DNA from: Methanotrichaceae archaeon
GTDB lineage: Archaea; Halobacteriota; Methanosarcinia; Methanotrichales; Methanotrichaceae
Assembly (NCBI GenBank): GCA_963754945.1
Contig: CAVWIG010000049.1
Coordinates: forward strand, 1-28,038
Length of the DNA: 28,038 nt
Reading direction: 5' to 3'
Of the stretch, positions 15,893 through 26,584 are shown one piece after another. The notes beneath the pieces were generated by a model. The model was given only the letters and a program-made list of their open reading frames with translations. It had not been told where the DNA came from and made no database searches. Positions within the stretch are counted from its first letter, which is position 1. Every line of letters begins with the position of its first letter. A program made the translations under genes and the position numbers.

Positions 15893-17361
15893 TATTCGGA
15901 CCTCTTACTCTTGCGCAGAGCTCGTAGAAGTGCCTCGAAGGTGAACTCCTCAGGCATAACATCCACCCTAACCCTGAGCCGCTCAAGCTCTGCCGCCGTA
16001 GGCTTTCCTATTGCTGCCACTTTGGCCTTGGCCAACGCCTCTCTAAGAGGTGCCTCTAGGCCAAGCTCACCTGCTCGTTCGACCAGACATTTGGCAGTCG
16101 ATGAGCTGGTGAAGGCGAAGATGTCTATTGCCGAGGCTCTCCTGATAAGGTCATCCAGCCTTGGGTCGTTTGAGCCGGTCACTTCGTAGAGGGGAATATC
16201 GTCTATCGTTAGTCCAGCGAGCATCAAGTCATCCGACAGGTACTGGCTGCCCCGGGCGCTTCTCAGGAAGAGTACATTTTTGCACCGGTTCCTGAGCAGA
16301 ATCTCCAGACCCTTTGAGCTGTACTCCTCCGGCACCTCAGAAGTCAGGCCGTGCCTGTCCAGCGCCTGTCGGGTCTTAGGACCGATAGAGACTATCATCT
16401 TACCCTTCAGCCCTGCCCTTATTGGGTCATTTTCAAGGGCTATATCCACTCCGTTTGCGCTTGTGAAGACCACACACTCCGCTGCCTTAACTCTCTGGAC
16501 AAGGTCGCCTGGGAGGGGCCTTTTTACAAGGGAGATGGAAGGAGCGCATATGGCCTGAAACCCGTAATCTCGGGCCAACTCGGCAGAGTCCTGCATCTGT
16601 GCATCGGGCCGGAATATTGCTATCTTTTTTGGCGCTAATTGCTCAGCCAACTTCACCACGTCTCCGACCACAAGGATAGCTGGAGGCTCTATCCCGGCAT
16701 CCTTTGCCTTGGACGCGATATTCTCCAGGGTGCCTGAGATCATCCTCTGTTCCGCCCATCCGCCTTTCTCAACGATAGCTGCAGGAGTCTCTGAAGACCG
16801 TCCGCCGGAGATAAGGGCGGATACATTCTTCTCAAGCCGGGATACGCCCATTAGAACAACAAGGGTCCCGTTCAGCCTGGCCAGGGCGCTCCAGTCCAGA
16901 GGGCTATCCTTTCCCGGCTCCTCGTGGCCGGTCACTATCGTAAGTGAAGAGGTCACACCCCTGTGAGTGACGGGAATGCCGGCCAGCTCAGGGGCAGCAA
17001 TGGCCGATGTGACTCCGGGAACTACCTCGAAGGGAATTCCCCGCTCCAGCAGGGCCAGGGCCTCCTCGCCTCCGCGGCCGAAGAGGTATGGGTCTCCTCC
17101 CTTGAGCCGAACTACAACCTTCCCCTCTTCTGCCTTGTCAATCAGAAGCTGGTTGATCTCCTCCTGGGTCATCTTGTGGTTTCCCGCAGTCTTGCCAACG
17201 TCTATCAGCTCCGTGCCCTCCAGGCCCTTCAACATCTCCGGGCTCAGCAGCCGGTCGAACAAAACGACTTCCGCCTCCGAGAGAAGCCTTTTAGCCTTTA
17301 GGGTCATCAGCTCCGGGTCTCCTGGACCGGCGCCCACAAGATAGACTTTACCTCTTGCCAA
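15892..17361 (-). CDS. cobA: Fused uroporphyrinogen-III C-methyltransferase / uroporphyrinogen-III synthase (CobA-HemD)
   Basis: VYLVGAGPGDPELMT, RLKGGDP and VPGVTSA in the N-terminal part. HemD domain with FTSANGV, IGPKT and FTSSSTA in the C-terminal part. Confidence 0.95.
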   Translation of the reverse strand: MARGKVYLVGAGPGDPELMTLKAKRLLSEAEVVLFDRLLSPEMLKGLEGTELIDVGKTAGNHKMTQEEINQLLIDKAEEGKVVVRLKGGDPYLFGRGGEEALALLERGIPFEVVPGVTSAIAAPELAGIPVTHRGVTSSLTIVTGHEEPGKDSPLDWSALARLNGTLVVLMGVSRLEKNVSALISGGRSSETPAAIVEKGGWAEQRMISGTLENIASKAKDAGIEPPAILVVGDVVKLAEQLAPKKIAIFRPDAQMQDSAELARDYGFQAICAPSISLVKRPLPGDLVQRVKAAECVVFTSANGVDIALENDPIRAGLKGKMIVSIGPKTRQALDRHGLTSEVPEEYSSKGLEILLRNRCKNVLFLRSARGSQYLSDDLMLAGLTIDDIPLYEVTGSNDPRLDDLIRRASAIDIFAFTSSSTAKCLVERAGELGLEAPLREALAKAKVAAIGKPTAAELERLRVRVDVMPEEFTFEALLRALRKSKRSE

Positions 17362-18253
17362 CCGCCCTCACCGCCTCATCTACCAGGGTTCTCCCGCCCA
17401 TCTCTAACAACCTTCTGCCCAGCTCCGACGCCCGCTCCAGGCTGCACGCAGGTATCACCTCATCGATGCGAACAAACCTGGTACCGTCAAGGGAGAGGAC
17501 CTCAGCCACCACCTGCGCCTCGTCGTCACTCACTTGGGCGTGAATCGCCACTGGAACTACGCACCCACCCCCCACAGTCTCTAGGATTCTTCGCTCGATC
17601 ATCGTCTCTGTCCTTGTGGGCAAGTCGTCTAAGGATCGCGCCAGCCTATCTGCCACAGTTCCTTTTTTGGCTACGGCCACTATAGTTCCCTGATTGGCTG
17701 ATGGCACGAACTTTTCAGGATCAAGTACGGTGTACTCCAGCTCTATGCCCATCCGCTGTACTCCTGCCTCGGCCAGGACTATTGCATCGTAATCTCCTTG
17801 GTTCAGCTTCCGGAGCCTTGTTTGCAGGTTTCCCCGCAAGCTATGGATCTGAAGATCGGGCCTAGCCCGCTTTAGCTGAGCTGATCTGCGCATGCTTGAT
17901 GTACCGACGGCTGCTCCATTCGGGATATCATCCAGCTTCAAACCGTCCCTGGTTACCAGGATGTCGTAGGGCGAGTCGCGCTTTAGAATCGCCACGATGT
18001 CAAGCTCTTCCGGCCTCTTGGTGGGGATATCCTTCATGCTGTGAACCGCCAGGTCGATCTCTCCCGAGAGCATTCTGTCGTCTATCTCGGCCACAAACAC
18101 TCCCCAGCCGGAGAGCTGATAGAGGGGCTTGTCAAGGAAAACGTCTCCACTGGTCTTGACTATGCATAGATCAACGTCTACACCCAACTCCTTCAATCGG
18201 TTTACGACTATCTCCGTCTGCCGTAGGGCCAGAGGGCTTCCCCGGCTTCCCAC
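17348..18253 (-). CDS. hemC: Hydroxymethylbilane synthase (porphobilinogen deaminase)
   Basis: GSRGSPLAL, DLAVHSMKD, GTSSMRR, LRGNLQTRL and GGGCVVP. Confidence 0.97.
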   Translation of the reverse strand: MGSRGSPLALRQTEIVVNRLKELGVDVDLCIVKTSGDVFLDKPLYQLSGWGVFVAEIDDRMLSGEIDLAVHSMKDIPTKRPEELDIVAILKRDSPYDILVTRDGLKLDDIPNGAAVGTSSMRRSAQLKRARPDLQIHSLRGNLQTRLRKLNQGDYDAIVLAEAGVQRMGIELEYTVLDPEKFVPSANQGTIVAVAKKGTVADRLARSLDDLPTRTETMIERRILETVGGGCVVPVAIHAQVSDDEAQVVAEVLSLDGTRFVRIDEVIPACSLERASELGRRLLEMGGRTLVDEAVRAVGKR

Positions 18254-18255
18254 GG

Positions 18256-19524
18256 TTAGCCTTTCAGGTTTGACTTATAGGCCTCCAGTGTCTTATCAAT
18301 ATCATCCTTGGAGTGGGCAGCAGATATAAAGTCTGTCTCAAACTGGCTAGGGGTCAGGAATATCCCTGAGTCCAACATCCTGCGGAAGAAGCTTATGTAT
18401 CCGGACTTATCGCACCTAAGGGCGCTCTCGTAGTCCCAGGGCAGAGGGCCAAAAAAGACCTTGAACATTGACGCTATGCCAGTGACGCTGTACCCTAGAT
18501 TAAGGTCGCTTACGATCTCAGACAATGCCTTGCGCATTTCGTTCCCAACGGCGTTAAGCTTCTCTAAGATATTCTCCTTCTCCAAGATATCAAGGGTCGC
18601 CGAGCCCGCTGCCAGGGAGACAGGACTTCCGTTGAAAGTCCCAGCCTGGTACACGCCGCCGCTGGGAGCCACCTGCTCCATGAGGTCTCTTCTGCCGCCG
18701 AAGACACCCACAGGGAAGCCGCCGCCGATGATCTTTCCTAGAGTAGTAAGGTCGGGCTTGACTTCGTAATACTCCTGGGCTCCACCCAGACTCAGCCGAA
18801 AGCCAGTTATGACCTCGTCGAAGATCAAGAGAACGTCGTTCTCCTCCGTAAGAGCGCGCACTCCCTGCAGGTAGCCATCCTTGGGAAGAACGGTGCCTAT
18901 GTTTCCAAGCACCGGCTCAATTATCAAAGCTGCGATCTGCCCTGGAAAGCGCTTTAGTATTTTTTCAAGCGATGCAAGATCGTTGTAAGGAACTTGAAGG
19001 GTGTTTTTTGCGGTGTCCAGGGGCACGCCCTTCGAGTCGGGGACGCCTAGAGTTGTGGCTCCAGATCCTGCTTTTATGAGAACACTGTCATGGGCTCCAT
19101 GAAAACCGCCCTCGATCTTGATTATCTTATCCCGTCCTGTTGTACCTCTGGCTACTCTGAGTGCTGCCATTGTAGCCTCAGTGCCGGTGGAAACGAACCT
19201 GAGCATCTCCATGCTCGGATACAGGCGACTTATTCTTCCCGCCAGGATGACCTCCATCTCGCTTGGTGTGCCGTAAAGCCAGCCCCTCTGAAGCTGGTCC
19301 ACAACAGCCTTCATGACCTCAGGATTCCTGTGTCCAAGGATCATGGGACCGTAGGCCAGACAATAATCGATCAGCCTGTTCCCTTCAAGGTCCCAGAGGT
19401 AAGGCCCTTCGGCCCGTGAGGTGTAGAACGGAGCAGGAGAAATGGCCCGAACTGGGCTACTAACCCCACCGGGCATCAGTTTTTTGGCGGACTCGAAGAT
19501 CTTCGTTGAGGCATCAAAACGCAT
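18256..19524 (-). CDS. hemL: Glutamate-1-semialdehyde 2,1-aminomutase
   Basis: [29 protein letters not shown] and YQAGTFNG. Confidence 0.97.
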   Translation of the reverse strand: MRFDASTKIFESAKKLMPGGVSSPVRAISPAPFYTSRAEGPYLWDLEGNRLIDYCLAYGPMILGHRNPEVMKAVVDQLQRGWLYGTPSEMEVILAGRISRLYPSMEMLRFVSTGTEATMAALRVARGTTGRDKIIKIEGGFHGAHDSVLIKAGSGATTLGVPDSKGVPLDTAKNTLQVPYNDLASLEKILKRFPGQIAALIIEPVLGNIGTVLPKDGYLQGVRALTEENDVLLIFDEVITGFRLSLGGAQEYYEVKPDLTTLGKIIGGGFPVGVFGGRRDLMEQVAPSGGVYQAGTFNGSPVSLAAGSATLDILEKENILEKLNAVGNEMRKALSEIVSDLNLGYSVTGIASMFKVFFGPLPWDYESALRCDKSGYISFFRRMLDSGIFLTPSQFETDFISAAHSKDDIDKTLEAYKSNLKG

Positions 19525-19970
19525 GAGAGGAGCACCAATTAAGCAACCTGGTTTAGATTAATCAAGGTTACGATCGATTGTACCACCATCTTGGATGAAT
19601 CAGTCAAGCTGAAAAGATAACAAGGATCTATAAAATATTATATTCTAGAACATCATGTAAAATGCGTAACTTCTTAAAAATTATGATCCATACATTTGGA
19701 AAATATAAGGCACAAAATTCGATAACTTAGATCTTAGAAAACTTTATATAAAGGTACTTCCCATCTAAACTGTAGTAGTATTATGAGATAGTTATGGGCT
19801 GTGGATGAGCTCAGACAGGTAAAATATTGAGGTGCAGTCAGATCAACCTGCATGGCTCGTGGCTATCCCTAGTTACTCGGAGAAGAGTCAGATGAGGAAG
19901 GCATCAGCAATTCTTGAAATCGTGGTGAAAGCTATGCATAGCCTTCATCATCAAGGTTCGAGGGAGATTC

Positions 19971-22013
19971 ATGAAACGCGAATTTAACTGTTTTGAAGCT
20001 GTGTTCCTGGCATTAGTGGTCCTTTTGGCCCTTTTTGGCGTCGTCCAGGCTGCTGGACCTTACCAGGTGGTAATTGTAGGAGACAGTCCGCCCCACTCAT
20101 CTTCAGTGGAGGTTGGACCAGGAAAGAGCATAGACATGCGGATGGTAATCCTGAATGTGACGGATTGGCCTGTGGCAGGGTCAAGCCTCTACCTGAACTA
20201 CGATCCCAAGGTGATCTCCAGTGTCTCGTGTGTGAGGTCGATCTTTAAAGAGTTCAATAAATGCGAGGAAGTCGAGCCGGGCAGATTCCTGTTCGAAGGT
20301 TACGATACTTTCGCCAAGTATACGGGAGATGTGGTCGTGGAGGTGCTCAGGATCACGGCCAACGCTTCCGCGCCAGAAGGCAGCTCGACTACCCTGCGGA
20401 TATCCGGTCCAAGACCTGGTGCGGTTTCGGGGGGAACTCCTGTTTGGGGCCCCTTCTGGCAGGGGATAGAGACATCCTTTGGGAGCGGCATGCTAACAGT
20501 AAAGCAGCAGGAGACTTTGGCCGGCATCCAGGTCAGCAAGACCGTCTATCCCGGGTCTGGTTCTCCTTCCACCAACGTCACCTTCAACATCACCGTTAAC
20601 AACACCGGAACTGCGGACCTGAATAACGTCACAGCCATTGATACTCTTCCGGAAGGCATGAGATACGTGTCAAGCTCGCCCGTCACCGGAAATGTCTCCG
20701 GTAGGGTTGTGACCTGGGACAACATAGGTCCGTTGCTTTCAAACAGCTCGCCCGTATCCCTTGTGCTGGTAGCTCATGTGAATCAGGGTGCCTCGGGGAA
20801 CCTGAGGAACTCGGTGAAAGCAACAGGCAAACCTGAGCGCGGCGGAGTGGTTACCTCTACGGCCACAGCTAATTTCACAGCTCTAGAGGCAGGGATACAA
20901 GTCAACAAGACCGTCTATCCTAGGGCTGGCGCTCCTTCCACCAACGTCACCTTCAACATCACCGTGAACAACACCGGCACTGCGGACCTGGGTAAAGTCG
21001 CCGTCGTCGATACGCTTCCGGTGGGATTGAGCTATGTGTCTAGCATGCCTGTTGCAGAGAACATCTCTGACAGAGAGATAACTTGGAAAATCGGTCAGTT
21101 ACTATCTAACAGCTCGCCGGTCTCACTTGAGCTGGTGGCTAATGTAGACCGGGGTGCTTCAGGAGAATTGGTAAACTCCGTGGAGGCAATAGGTGTGCCC
21201 GAGCATGGAGGCATTGTTACTTCAACGGCCACGGCAAATTTCACAGCTCTAGAGGCAGGGATACAAGTCAACAAAGCCGTCTATCCCAGTTCTGGCGCTC
21301 CTTCCACCAACGTCACCTTCAACATAACAGTGAGCAACCCCGGCACTGCGGACCTGGGTAACGTTGCAGTCGTCGATACGCTTCCGGAAGGCATGAGATA
21401 CGTGTCAAGCTCGCCCGTCACCGGAAATGTCTCCGGTGGAGTAGTTACATGGGACAACATAGGTCCGTTGCTTTCCAACAGCTCACCTGTTTCTCTTGAG
21501 CTGGTGGCCCAAGTAGGGCCGGATGCTTCAGGAGAATTGGTAAACTCCGTGGAAGCAATAGGTATGCCCGAGCATGGAGGCATTGTTACTTCAACGGCCA
21601 CGGCGGATTTCACAGCTCTAGAGGCAGGGATACAGGTCAGAAAGATCGCCAATCCCAAGGTTGTGGGAGTGCTGTTCCCCGTTGCCTTCGAAATACAGGT
21701 GAAAAACACGGGGGAAATCGCCCTGGACAATGTCACTCTAAGGGATACGCTACCTTCGGGGATGTTCTACTTGTCCAGTTCGCCTCATGGAAAGATAAAT
21801 TCCGGGAATGTCAACTGGGATCTGGGAACGTTGGAACCTCATGAATCCAGGTTAATAGAGCTAATCGCAAAGATAGGATTCCGGGCGGGGGATTGCCTCA
21901 GGAACGAAGTAATTGCAGAGGGATCTCCCATATCTGGCGCTGACGTAACCAGCTCTGCCTTCGCCGTAGTAAAGGTTGATAGGGAGTTGAACATGGCCTA
22001 CATCGCCGGTTGA
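19971..22013 (+). CDS. Secreted/surface protein: signal peptide, cohesin-like domain and four DUF11 (Ig-like) repeats
   Basis: Signal peptide ending VQA, LNYDPKVI (cohesin-like), and repeated VxKTV...VTFNITVxNTGTADL..V...DTLPxG..YVSS. Many N-X-S/T sequons. Confidence 0.8.
   Translation: MKREFNCFEAVFLALVVLLALFGVVQAAGPYQVVIVGDSPPHSSSVEVGPGKSIDMRMVILNVTDWPVAGSSLYLNYDPKVISSVSCVRSIFKEFNKCEEVEPGRFLFEGYDTFAKYTGDVVVEVLRITANASAPEGSSTTLRISGPRPGAVSGGTPVWGPFWQGIETSFGSGMLTVKQQETLAGIQVSKTVYPGSGSPSTNVTFNITVNNTGTADLNNVTAIDTLPEGMRYVSSSPVTGNVSGRVVTWDNIGPLLSNSSPVSLVLVAHVNQGASGNLRNSVKATGKPERGGVVTSTATANFTALEAGIQVNKTVYPRAGAPSTNVTFNITVNNTGTADLGKVAVVDTLPVGLSYVSSMPVAENISDREITWKIGQLLSNSSPVSLELVANVDRGASGELVNSVEAIGVPEHGGIVTSTATANFTALEAGIQVNKAVYPSSGAPSTNVTFNITVSNPGTADLGNVAVVDTLPEGMRYVSSSPVTGNVSGGVVTWDNIGPLLSNSSPVSLELVAQVGPDASGELVNSVEAIGMPEHGGIVTSTATADFTALEAGIQVRKIANPKVVGVLFPVAFEIQVKNTGEIALDNVTLRDTLPSGMFYLSSSPHGKINSGNVNWDLGTLEPHESRLIELIAKIGFRAGDCLRNEVIAEGSPISGADVTSSAFAVVKVDRELNMAYIAG
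20521..21990 (+). repeat. Tandem 366-369-bp intragenic repeats (3 close copies and 1 diverged copy)
   Basis: CTCTAGAGGCAGGGATACA recurs at 20881, 21247 and 21616. Confidence 0.9.
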
Positions 22014-22075
22014 TTCAGGAGGTCCTCAATCAAACAGAACAATAAATATCCGCCAGCAGGAAAGGGACTAACAGT

Positions 22076-23254
22076 CTAGATCCCTTTCCTTCCCCCATCT
22101 TCCACTCTTTTTATCACCGCTCTCAGAGGCATGCCGGTCTTGGTAGCAATCCTTTTGCAATCCTCGAACTCCGGCTTGATGTTGAGGACGGTGTCCCCGA
22201 GCCGGCTGACCTTAACAGAGGCCTGGTAGAGTGAGCCGTTGATCTCCACTGTCACAGTCCTCGACTCCCTCTTCGCCACATTGCGGTGTACACTTGGAAA
22301 GACCCTGATGCCCAGGGATCCAGTCTCCAGCATTATCAAACGGGTGAGATCTTCTGTATCATCCTGTCTAGCTATGACTGTAATCACGTTTCCAGGCCTA
22401 CCCTTCTTCATTACAGCCGGGACGATCGAGACATCCAAGGCTCCTGCTTGCATCAGAAGCTCTATCAGATTACCAAGAACCTCGCCGGTCACGTCGTCCA
22501 CGTTGGTTTCAAGCTGAACCACCCGATCAGGAGTTAAACGATGCCAATTTATCTCACCGATCACGCCCCTAAGGGCATTGGGAAGGGCGGCGTCTCCGCT
22601 CCCAGCTCCGTAGCCTACGGATTCAGCAATGATGTCTGGATAGGTGTCCAGGAACTGATGAACGATGTTAACAAATATGGCTGCTCCTGTTGGGGTTAGA
22701 AGCTCCTTGTCAACAGGTCCGCCCTTCCATGGGGCCCTGTGGGATCGCAGGATCTCAAGAACTGCCGGCCCTGGGACAGGCAAGAGGCCGTGAGCCGACT
22801 GAACAAAACCTCCTCCCACTGAGATGGGTAAAGAGAAGATCTTTCCTACTTCTAGGCTGTGCAGTGCGGCGCAGCTCCCGGCGATGTCCGCCAGAGCATC
22901 GAGGGCGCCTATCTCGTGAAACCTGGCCTCCTCCTTGGGCACGCCATGGACTGTGCTCTCCGCAGTGGCAAGAGTGTCCATGATTTTAAGGGCTCGATCT
23001 TTGGCAGAAGTCTCCAGATTAGCATCCTGGAGCAAGGACACTGCTTCCTCAAGGCTACGGTATCTTTTGTCCGATGTCACTGTCGCCCTTGTGGCCAGGA
23101 TGTGGCTCTTCTGCTCTTTGGAAATCTCCAACTTGCAGCCCAAGGATTCTATGGCATCTCTTACGTCGCTAGGGTCTGCCCCCAGATCGAGAAGGCAGCC
23201 GATGGTCATGTCGCCAGATGCGCCTGCAAAAGGATCGAAGAGGAGGACTTTCAT
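22076..23254 (-). CDS. larC: Nickel pincer cofactor biosynthesis protein LarC
   Basis: FDPFAGASGDM, FHEIGALDALADI, HGLLPVPGPA, ELLTPTGAA, LETNVDD, MKKGRPG and KPEFED. Start placed at ATG 23254. Confidence 0.93.
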   Translation of the reverse strand: MKVLLFDPFAGASGDMTIGCLLDLGADPSDVRDAIESLGCKLEISKEQKSHILATRATVTSDKRYRSLEEAVSLLQDANLETSAKDRALKIMDTLATAESTVHGVPKEEARFHEIGALDALADIAGSCAALHSLEVGKIFSLPISVGGGFVQSAHGLLPVPGPAVLEILRSHRAPWKGGPVDKELLTPTGAAIFVNIVHQFLDTYPDIIAESVGYGAGSGDAALPNALRGVIGEINWHRLTPDRVVQLETNVDDVTGEVLGNLIELLMQAGALDVSIVPAVMKKGRPGNVITVIARQDDTEDLTRLIMLETGSLGIRVFPSVHRNVAKRESRTVTVEINGSLYQASVKVSRLGDTVLNIKPEFEDCKRIATKTGMPLRAVIKRVEDGGRKGI

Positions 23255-23536
23255 AGCTAGAATAATCTTGCTTGAAGTGTTAAATAACAATCTGGTCTTT
23301 GAACTCCACCGCCAGCCTAACGAGTAGCATGCCTGTAGTGAGAACCACCAGAATCTCAAGCGGGTAATTCTTCAAGGCACTGATCGTCCCCACCAGCTGG
23401 TTCATGTTGGCGTTGCCTGAGCCCAGATTTGCGTCTCCGATCACGCAAATATGGGGATCTTTCCCTCGGTGAGATGAAATTACATCTGTTGTTAAATACT
23501 CCTTCTTACCTGGAATCATCCACAGTGAGTGTTCAA

Positions 23537-24990
23537 ATGACGGAAGAAGTCGATGCGGAGTGGAAAGGCTACGAGTGGGTGGCCCTATCGGTGACAACAG
23601 TTGGCGCTCTGCTGGCCTCGATTCAGGGATCAGCGCTGCTCATAGCCCTGCCAGAGATCATGACCCACCTTCAGACCAGCTTTTTGACCATCATGTGGGT
23701 CATCCTGAGCTTCATGCTGATCACCACCGCTGTGGTCCCAGTGGTAGGCAGGCTGGCCGACATGTTCGGCAGGAAGAATCTCTACAACGCAGGCTTCGCA
23801 GTCTTCACTCTTGGGTCGCTACTGGCCGGTCTCTCCCAGCCTCAGTATCACGGCTGGGACTTGGTCCTTTTCCGTGTGGTCCAGGGAATAGGAGGCGCAC
23901 TGCTATTAACGAACAGCGCTGCCATAGTCACCGATGCTTTCCGGCACGGTCGCATCGGTTTCGGCTTAGGGGTGAACCAGATCGCATTCGCCGCAGGCTT
24001 CCTGGTGGGACCCGTCGTTGGTGGCATACTGGCAGCAATCTCGTGGCGATGGATATTCCTGGTCAATGTGCCTTTAGGGATCTTCGGCACTATCTGGGGA
24101 ATGGCAAGATTGCGCGAGCCCGTCTCTCTTCCTGGAAACCAGAAGTTTGACTGGCTGGGCAGCCTCAGCTTCACAGCGGGCCTGGGTGCTCTGCTCCTGG
24201 CCGCGTCCTTGGTGGCCTTCCCCATGGTCAGCATGAACGCCGTTTATTTGTTGTTCGTTGTCGGTGCCTTAGGTCTGATCGCCTTCTTCATCGTCGAGAG
24301 GCGTGTACACCAGCCGATGCTCGATCTTCGGCTTTTCAGGGACAAGCTCTTTGCCTATGCTTCCGCAGCCAACGGCCTGAACGGCCTAGCTCGCGGGGCA
24401 GTGCTCTTTATCCTGATCTTCTTCCTCCAGGGACCTTACGGGCTTGACCCTCTGTGGGCAGGCATCCTGATGGCTCCTTTCGGTGCCGCTTTCATGCTGG
24501 TAGGGCCGGTCTCTGGCTACCTCTCTGATAAGATCGGCTCCAGAGGGCTGGCCACGGCCGGACTCCTGGTCTCTGCGGTTGCACTGCTTGGCCTCGCAAC
24601 GGTTGTCAGCACCACTCCCTACTGGTTGCTTGCTGTCTACATGGTCCTGATGGGCGGAGGCTCAGGCCTGTTCAGCTCTCCGAACATCAGCGCCGTCATG
24701 TCCTCAGTACGGCCGGAGCAGCGCGGAATGGCAGCAGGAATAAACTCCATGCTCATGAACACAGGAATGATGCTGTCCATTGTGGTGGCTTTTCCCTGGT
24801 TCTCGCCAGGATCCCAGAGGACGTGATGTTCCACGTTTTCCTGTACGGAGGAGGCATGGCCAGTTCGCCCCAGGCGCTGGCCGCATTCGAGATGGGAATG
24901 CATCAGGCATTCCTGGTCTCTTTCGCCATAACCATGGTCGCAGCAGTTGTATCCTACCTACGGCCATCCGGCCATCGTGACTTGCCATAA
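23537..24990 (+). pseudogene. MFS transporter copy 3, single frameshift near the 3' end
   Basis: Aligns with copies 1 and 2. One base is missing at CCC 24794-24796. The -1 frame continues LVLARIPEDVMFHVFLYGGGM...VSYLRPSGHRDLP* to 24990. Confidence 0.85.
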
Positions 24991-25321
24991 CGTGTGCTTT
25001 AACGAATAGTTTCATTAAGGGCGTATTAATGAAAATAATTGGATTAATCGGTTGCGGTAATTGGGGTTCCAATATTTTGAGGGATTTAATTCAATTAAGC
25101 TGCGAAGTGTATGTAGTTGATATTGATTTTCAAGCCAGATCACGAGCTGCAGCAAATGGAGCCCAGCAAGTTTTTTCTAAAACAGATGACTTACCCGTTT
25201 GTGACGGCTATGTGGTCGCAGTTCCTATTCCGGATTTAACCAAAGAGACGGCAGGTTTGTTGAGATTTAAAAAACCGATATTTTCAGAAAAGACCTTATG
25301 TCTGTCGATGGAAGATTTTAA

Positions 25322-26584
25322 CTTGTAGGATTGCGAAGGACGAAGCGAGAAGTCCCCATCCTTTAGGGTGGGGATGAAAGTGGAGTCCTTTGCCCTATTT
25401 TCAGTCTAACAATAACTATTTAACCTTTAAACGCAATTAACTGTCAATGCTTAAATCGTATCGCTATAGGCTTTTCCCAAGCAAACTTCAAGCCCGTATT
25501 CTCGAAAGGCAACTTGAGCTTTGTAGGCAAGTCTACAACGATACCTTAGCATATCGGAAGAATGCCTGGGAGAAAGAACAAAGAACGGTCAAGCGTTTTG
25601 AGACTCAAGATAGATTGCCCCAATTGAAGGTCAACCGTCCTGAGTTCAAAGAGGTTCATTCCCTAACTCTTCAGAACGTGGTTTTGAGAGTGGAGCTTGC
25701 GTTCAAAGCGTTCTTTCGACGAGTCCAATCAGGAGAGAACCCAGGATATCCCAGATTCAAAGGCAAAGGGCGGTATGACAGCATAACGTACCCTCAATCT
25801 GGTTTTGGGTTAGCTTCTGGTAAGCTTCATCTCTCCAAGATCGGTGATATCAAGGTCAAGCTCCATAGAACAATCGAAGGCAAAATCAAGACTTGCACTA
25901 TTCGCAAGATGCCTACGGGGAAATGGTTTGCCTGTTTCTCGGTTGATGTTGGTGACATTCAGCTTCCTCCCTGGAAAGATGGCTCAGTTGTCGGAATCGA
26001 TGTAGGCTTAGAGAGTTTTGCGACGCTCTCCAATGGTGAGAAGATCGCTAACCCTCGATTCTTCCGAGATGGAGAGAGAGAGCTTGCCAGAGTCCAAAGG
26101 AAGCTCTCAAAAGTTTCGAAAGGCACGCCTGAGAGGAAAGCTGCCTTGAAGGTTGTTGAACGAGTCCATGAAAGGATCGCTAATAGGCGAAACGATTTTG
26201 CCAACCAAGTTAGCCGTCAATTAGTAGATCGATTTGGCGTAATAGTCTTTGAAGATCTTGATATCCGAAACATGCTCAAGAACCACTACCTAGCAAAATC
26301 AATCTCAGATGTGGCTTGGAATTTGCTAGTGAAAGCAACCGAGAGCAAAGCAGCATATGCTGGCTCAAAAGTTGTTTTAGTTGATCCAAGAAATACATCT
26401 CAGATGTGTTCTAGGTGTGGCCTAATAGTGAAAAAGGATCTCTCTGAAAGAGTCCATAGCTGCTCGGAATGTGGCTTGTCTATGGATAGAGATCTCAATG
26501 CAGCTATCAACATTCTGAGATTGGGGATGCAATCTCTTCGCAAAAACGATAGAAGCCCCGCCCTTTAGGGCGGGGAGCATTCAC
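25322..26584 (+). mobile_element. tnpB-only IS200/IS605 element (IS1341-like)
   Basis: Preceded by TTTAA. Left hairpin TCCCCATCC-TTTA-GGGTGGGGA, right hairpin CCCCGCCC-TTTA-GGGCGGGG, ends TTCAC. No tnpA. Confidence 0.9.
25447..26568 (+). CDS. tnpB: RNA-guided endonuclease TnpB
   Basis: YRYRLFP HTH, GYPRFK, RuvC GIDVG / FEDL / DRDLNAA, and zinc finger CSRC...CSEC. Confidence 0.96.
   Translation: MLKSYRYRLFPSKLQARILERQLELCRQVYNDTLAYRKNAWEKEQRTVKRFETQDRLPQLKVNRPEFKEVHSLTLQNVVLRVELAFKAFFRRVQSGENPGYPRFKGKGRYDSITYPQSGFGLASGKLHLSKIGDIKVKLHRTIEGKIKTCTIRKMPTGKWFACFSVDVGDIQLPPWKDGSVVGIDVGLESFATLSNGEKIANPRFFRDGERELARVQRKLSKVSKGTPERKAALKVVERVHERIANRRNDFANQVSRQLVDRFGVIVFEDLDIRNMLKNHYLAKSISDVAWNLLVKATESKAAYAGSKVVLVDPRNTSQMCSRCGLIVKKDLSERVHSCSECGLSMDRDLNAAINILRLGMQSLRKNDRSPAL

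Noticed and set aside
18253-18280. HemC appearing to lack its first residues (in-frame RLT precedes the GTG start)
   Set aside because: At most 2-3 residues are affected, and a GTG start 2 nt after the hemL stop fits translational coupling.
14699-19524. Novel radical SAM pathway
   Set aside because: hemL-hemC-cobA/hemD with an AhbC-like enzyme is explained by known tetrapyrrole and alternative heme biosynthesis.
23280-23597. 105-aa minus-strand ORF upstream of larC, and the long N-terminal extensions of larC and MFS copy 3
   Set aside because: No recognisable motif and the ORFs overlap each other. Homology supports starts at 23254 and 23537. A gene remnant cannot be excluded.
3090-24234. 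Similar antisense or alternate-frame ORFs repeated at 3135, 8673 and 23848
   Set aside because: They are shadows of the conserved MFS paralogues, not independent genes.
24790-24797. Programmed -1 frameshift in MFS copy 3
   Set aside because: T TTT CCC in this frame is not a canonical X XXY YYZ site, and both intact paralogues are in frame.
25322-25446. IStron (group I intron-IS fusion) that could splice out of the oxidoreductase mRNA
   Set aside because: Only 125 nt lie between the left end and tnpB, taken up by the terminal hairpin and promoter-like sequence. There is no room for a group I core.
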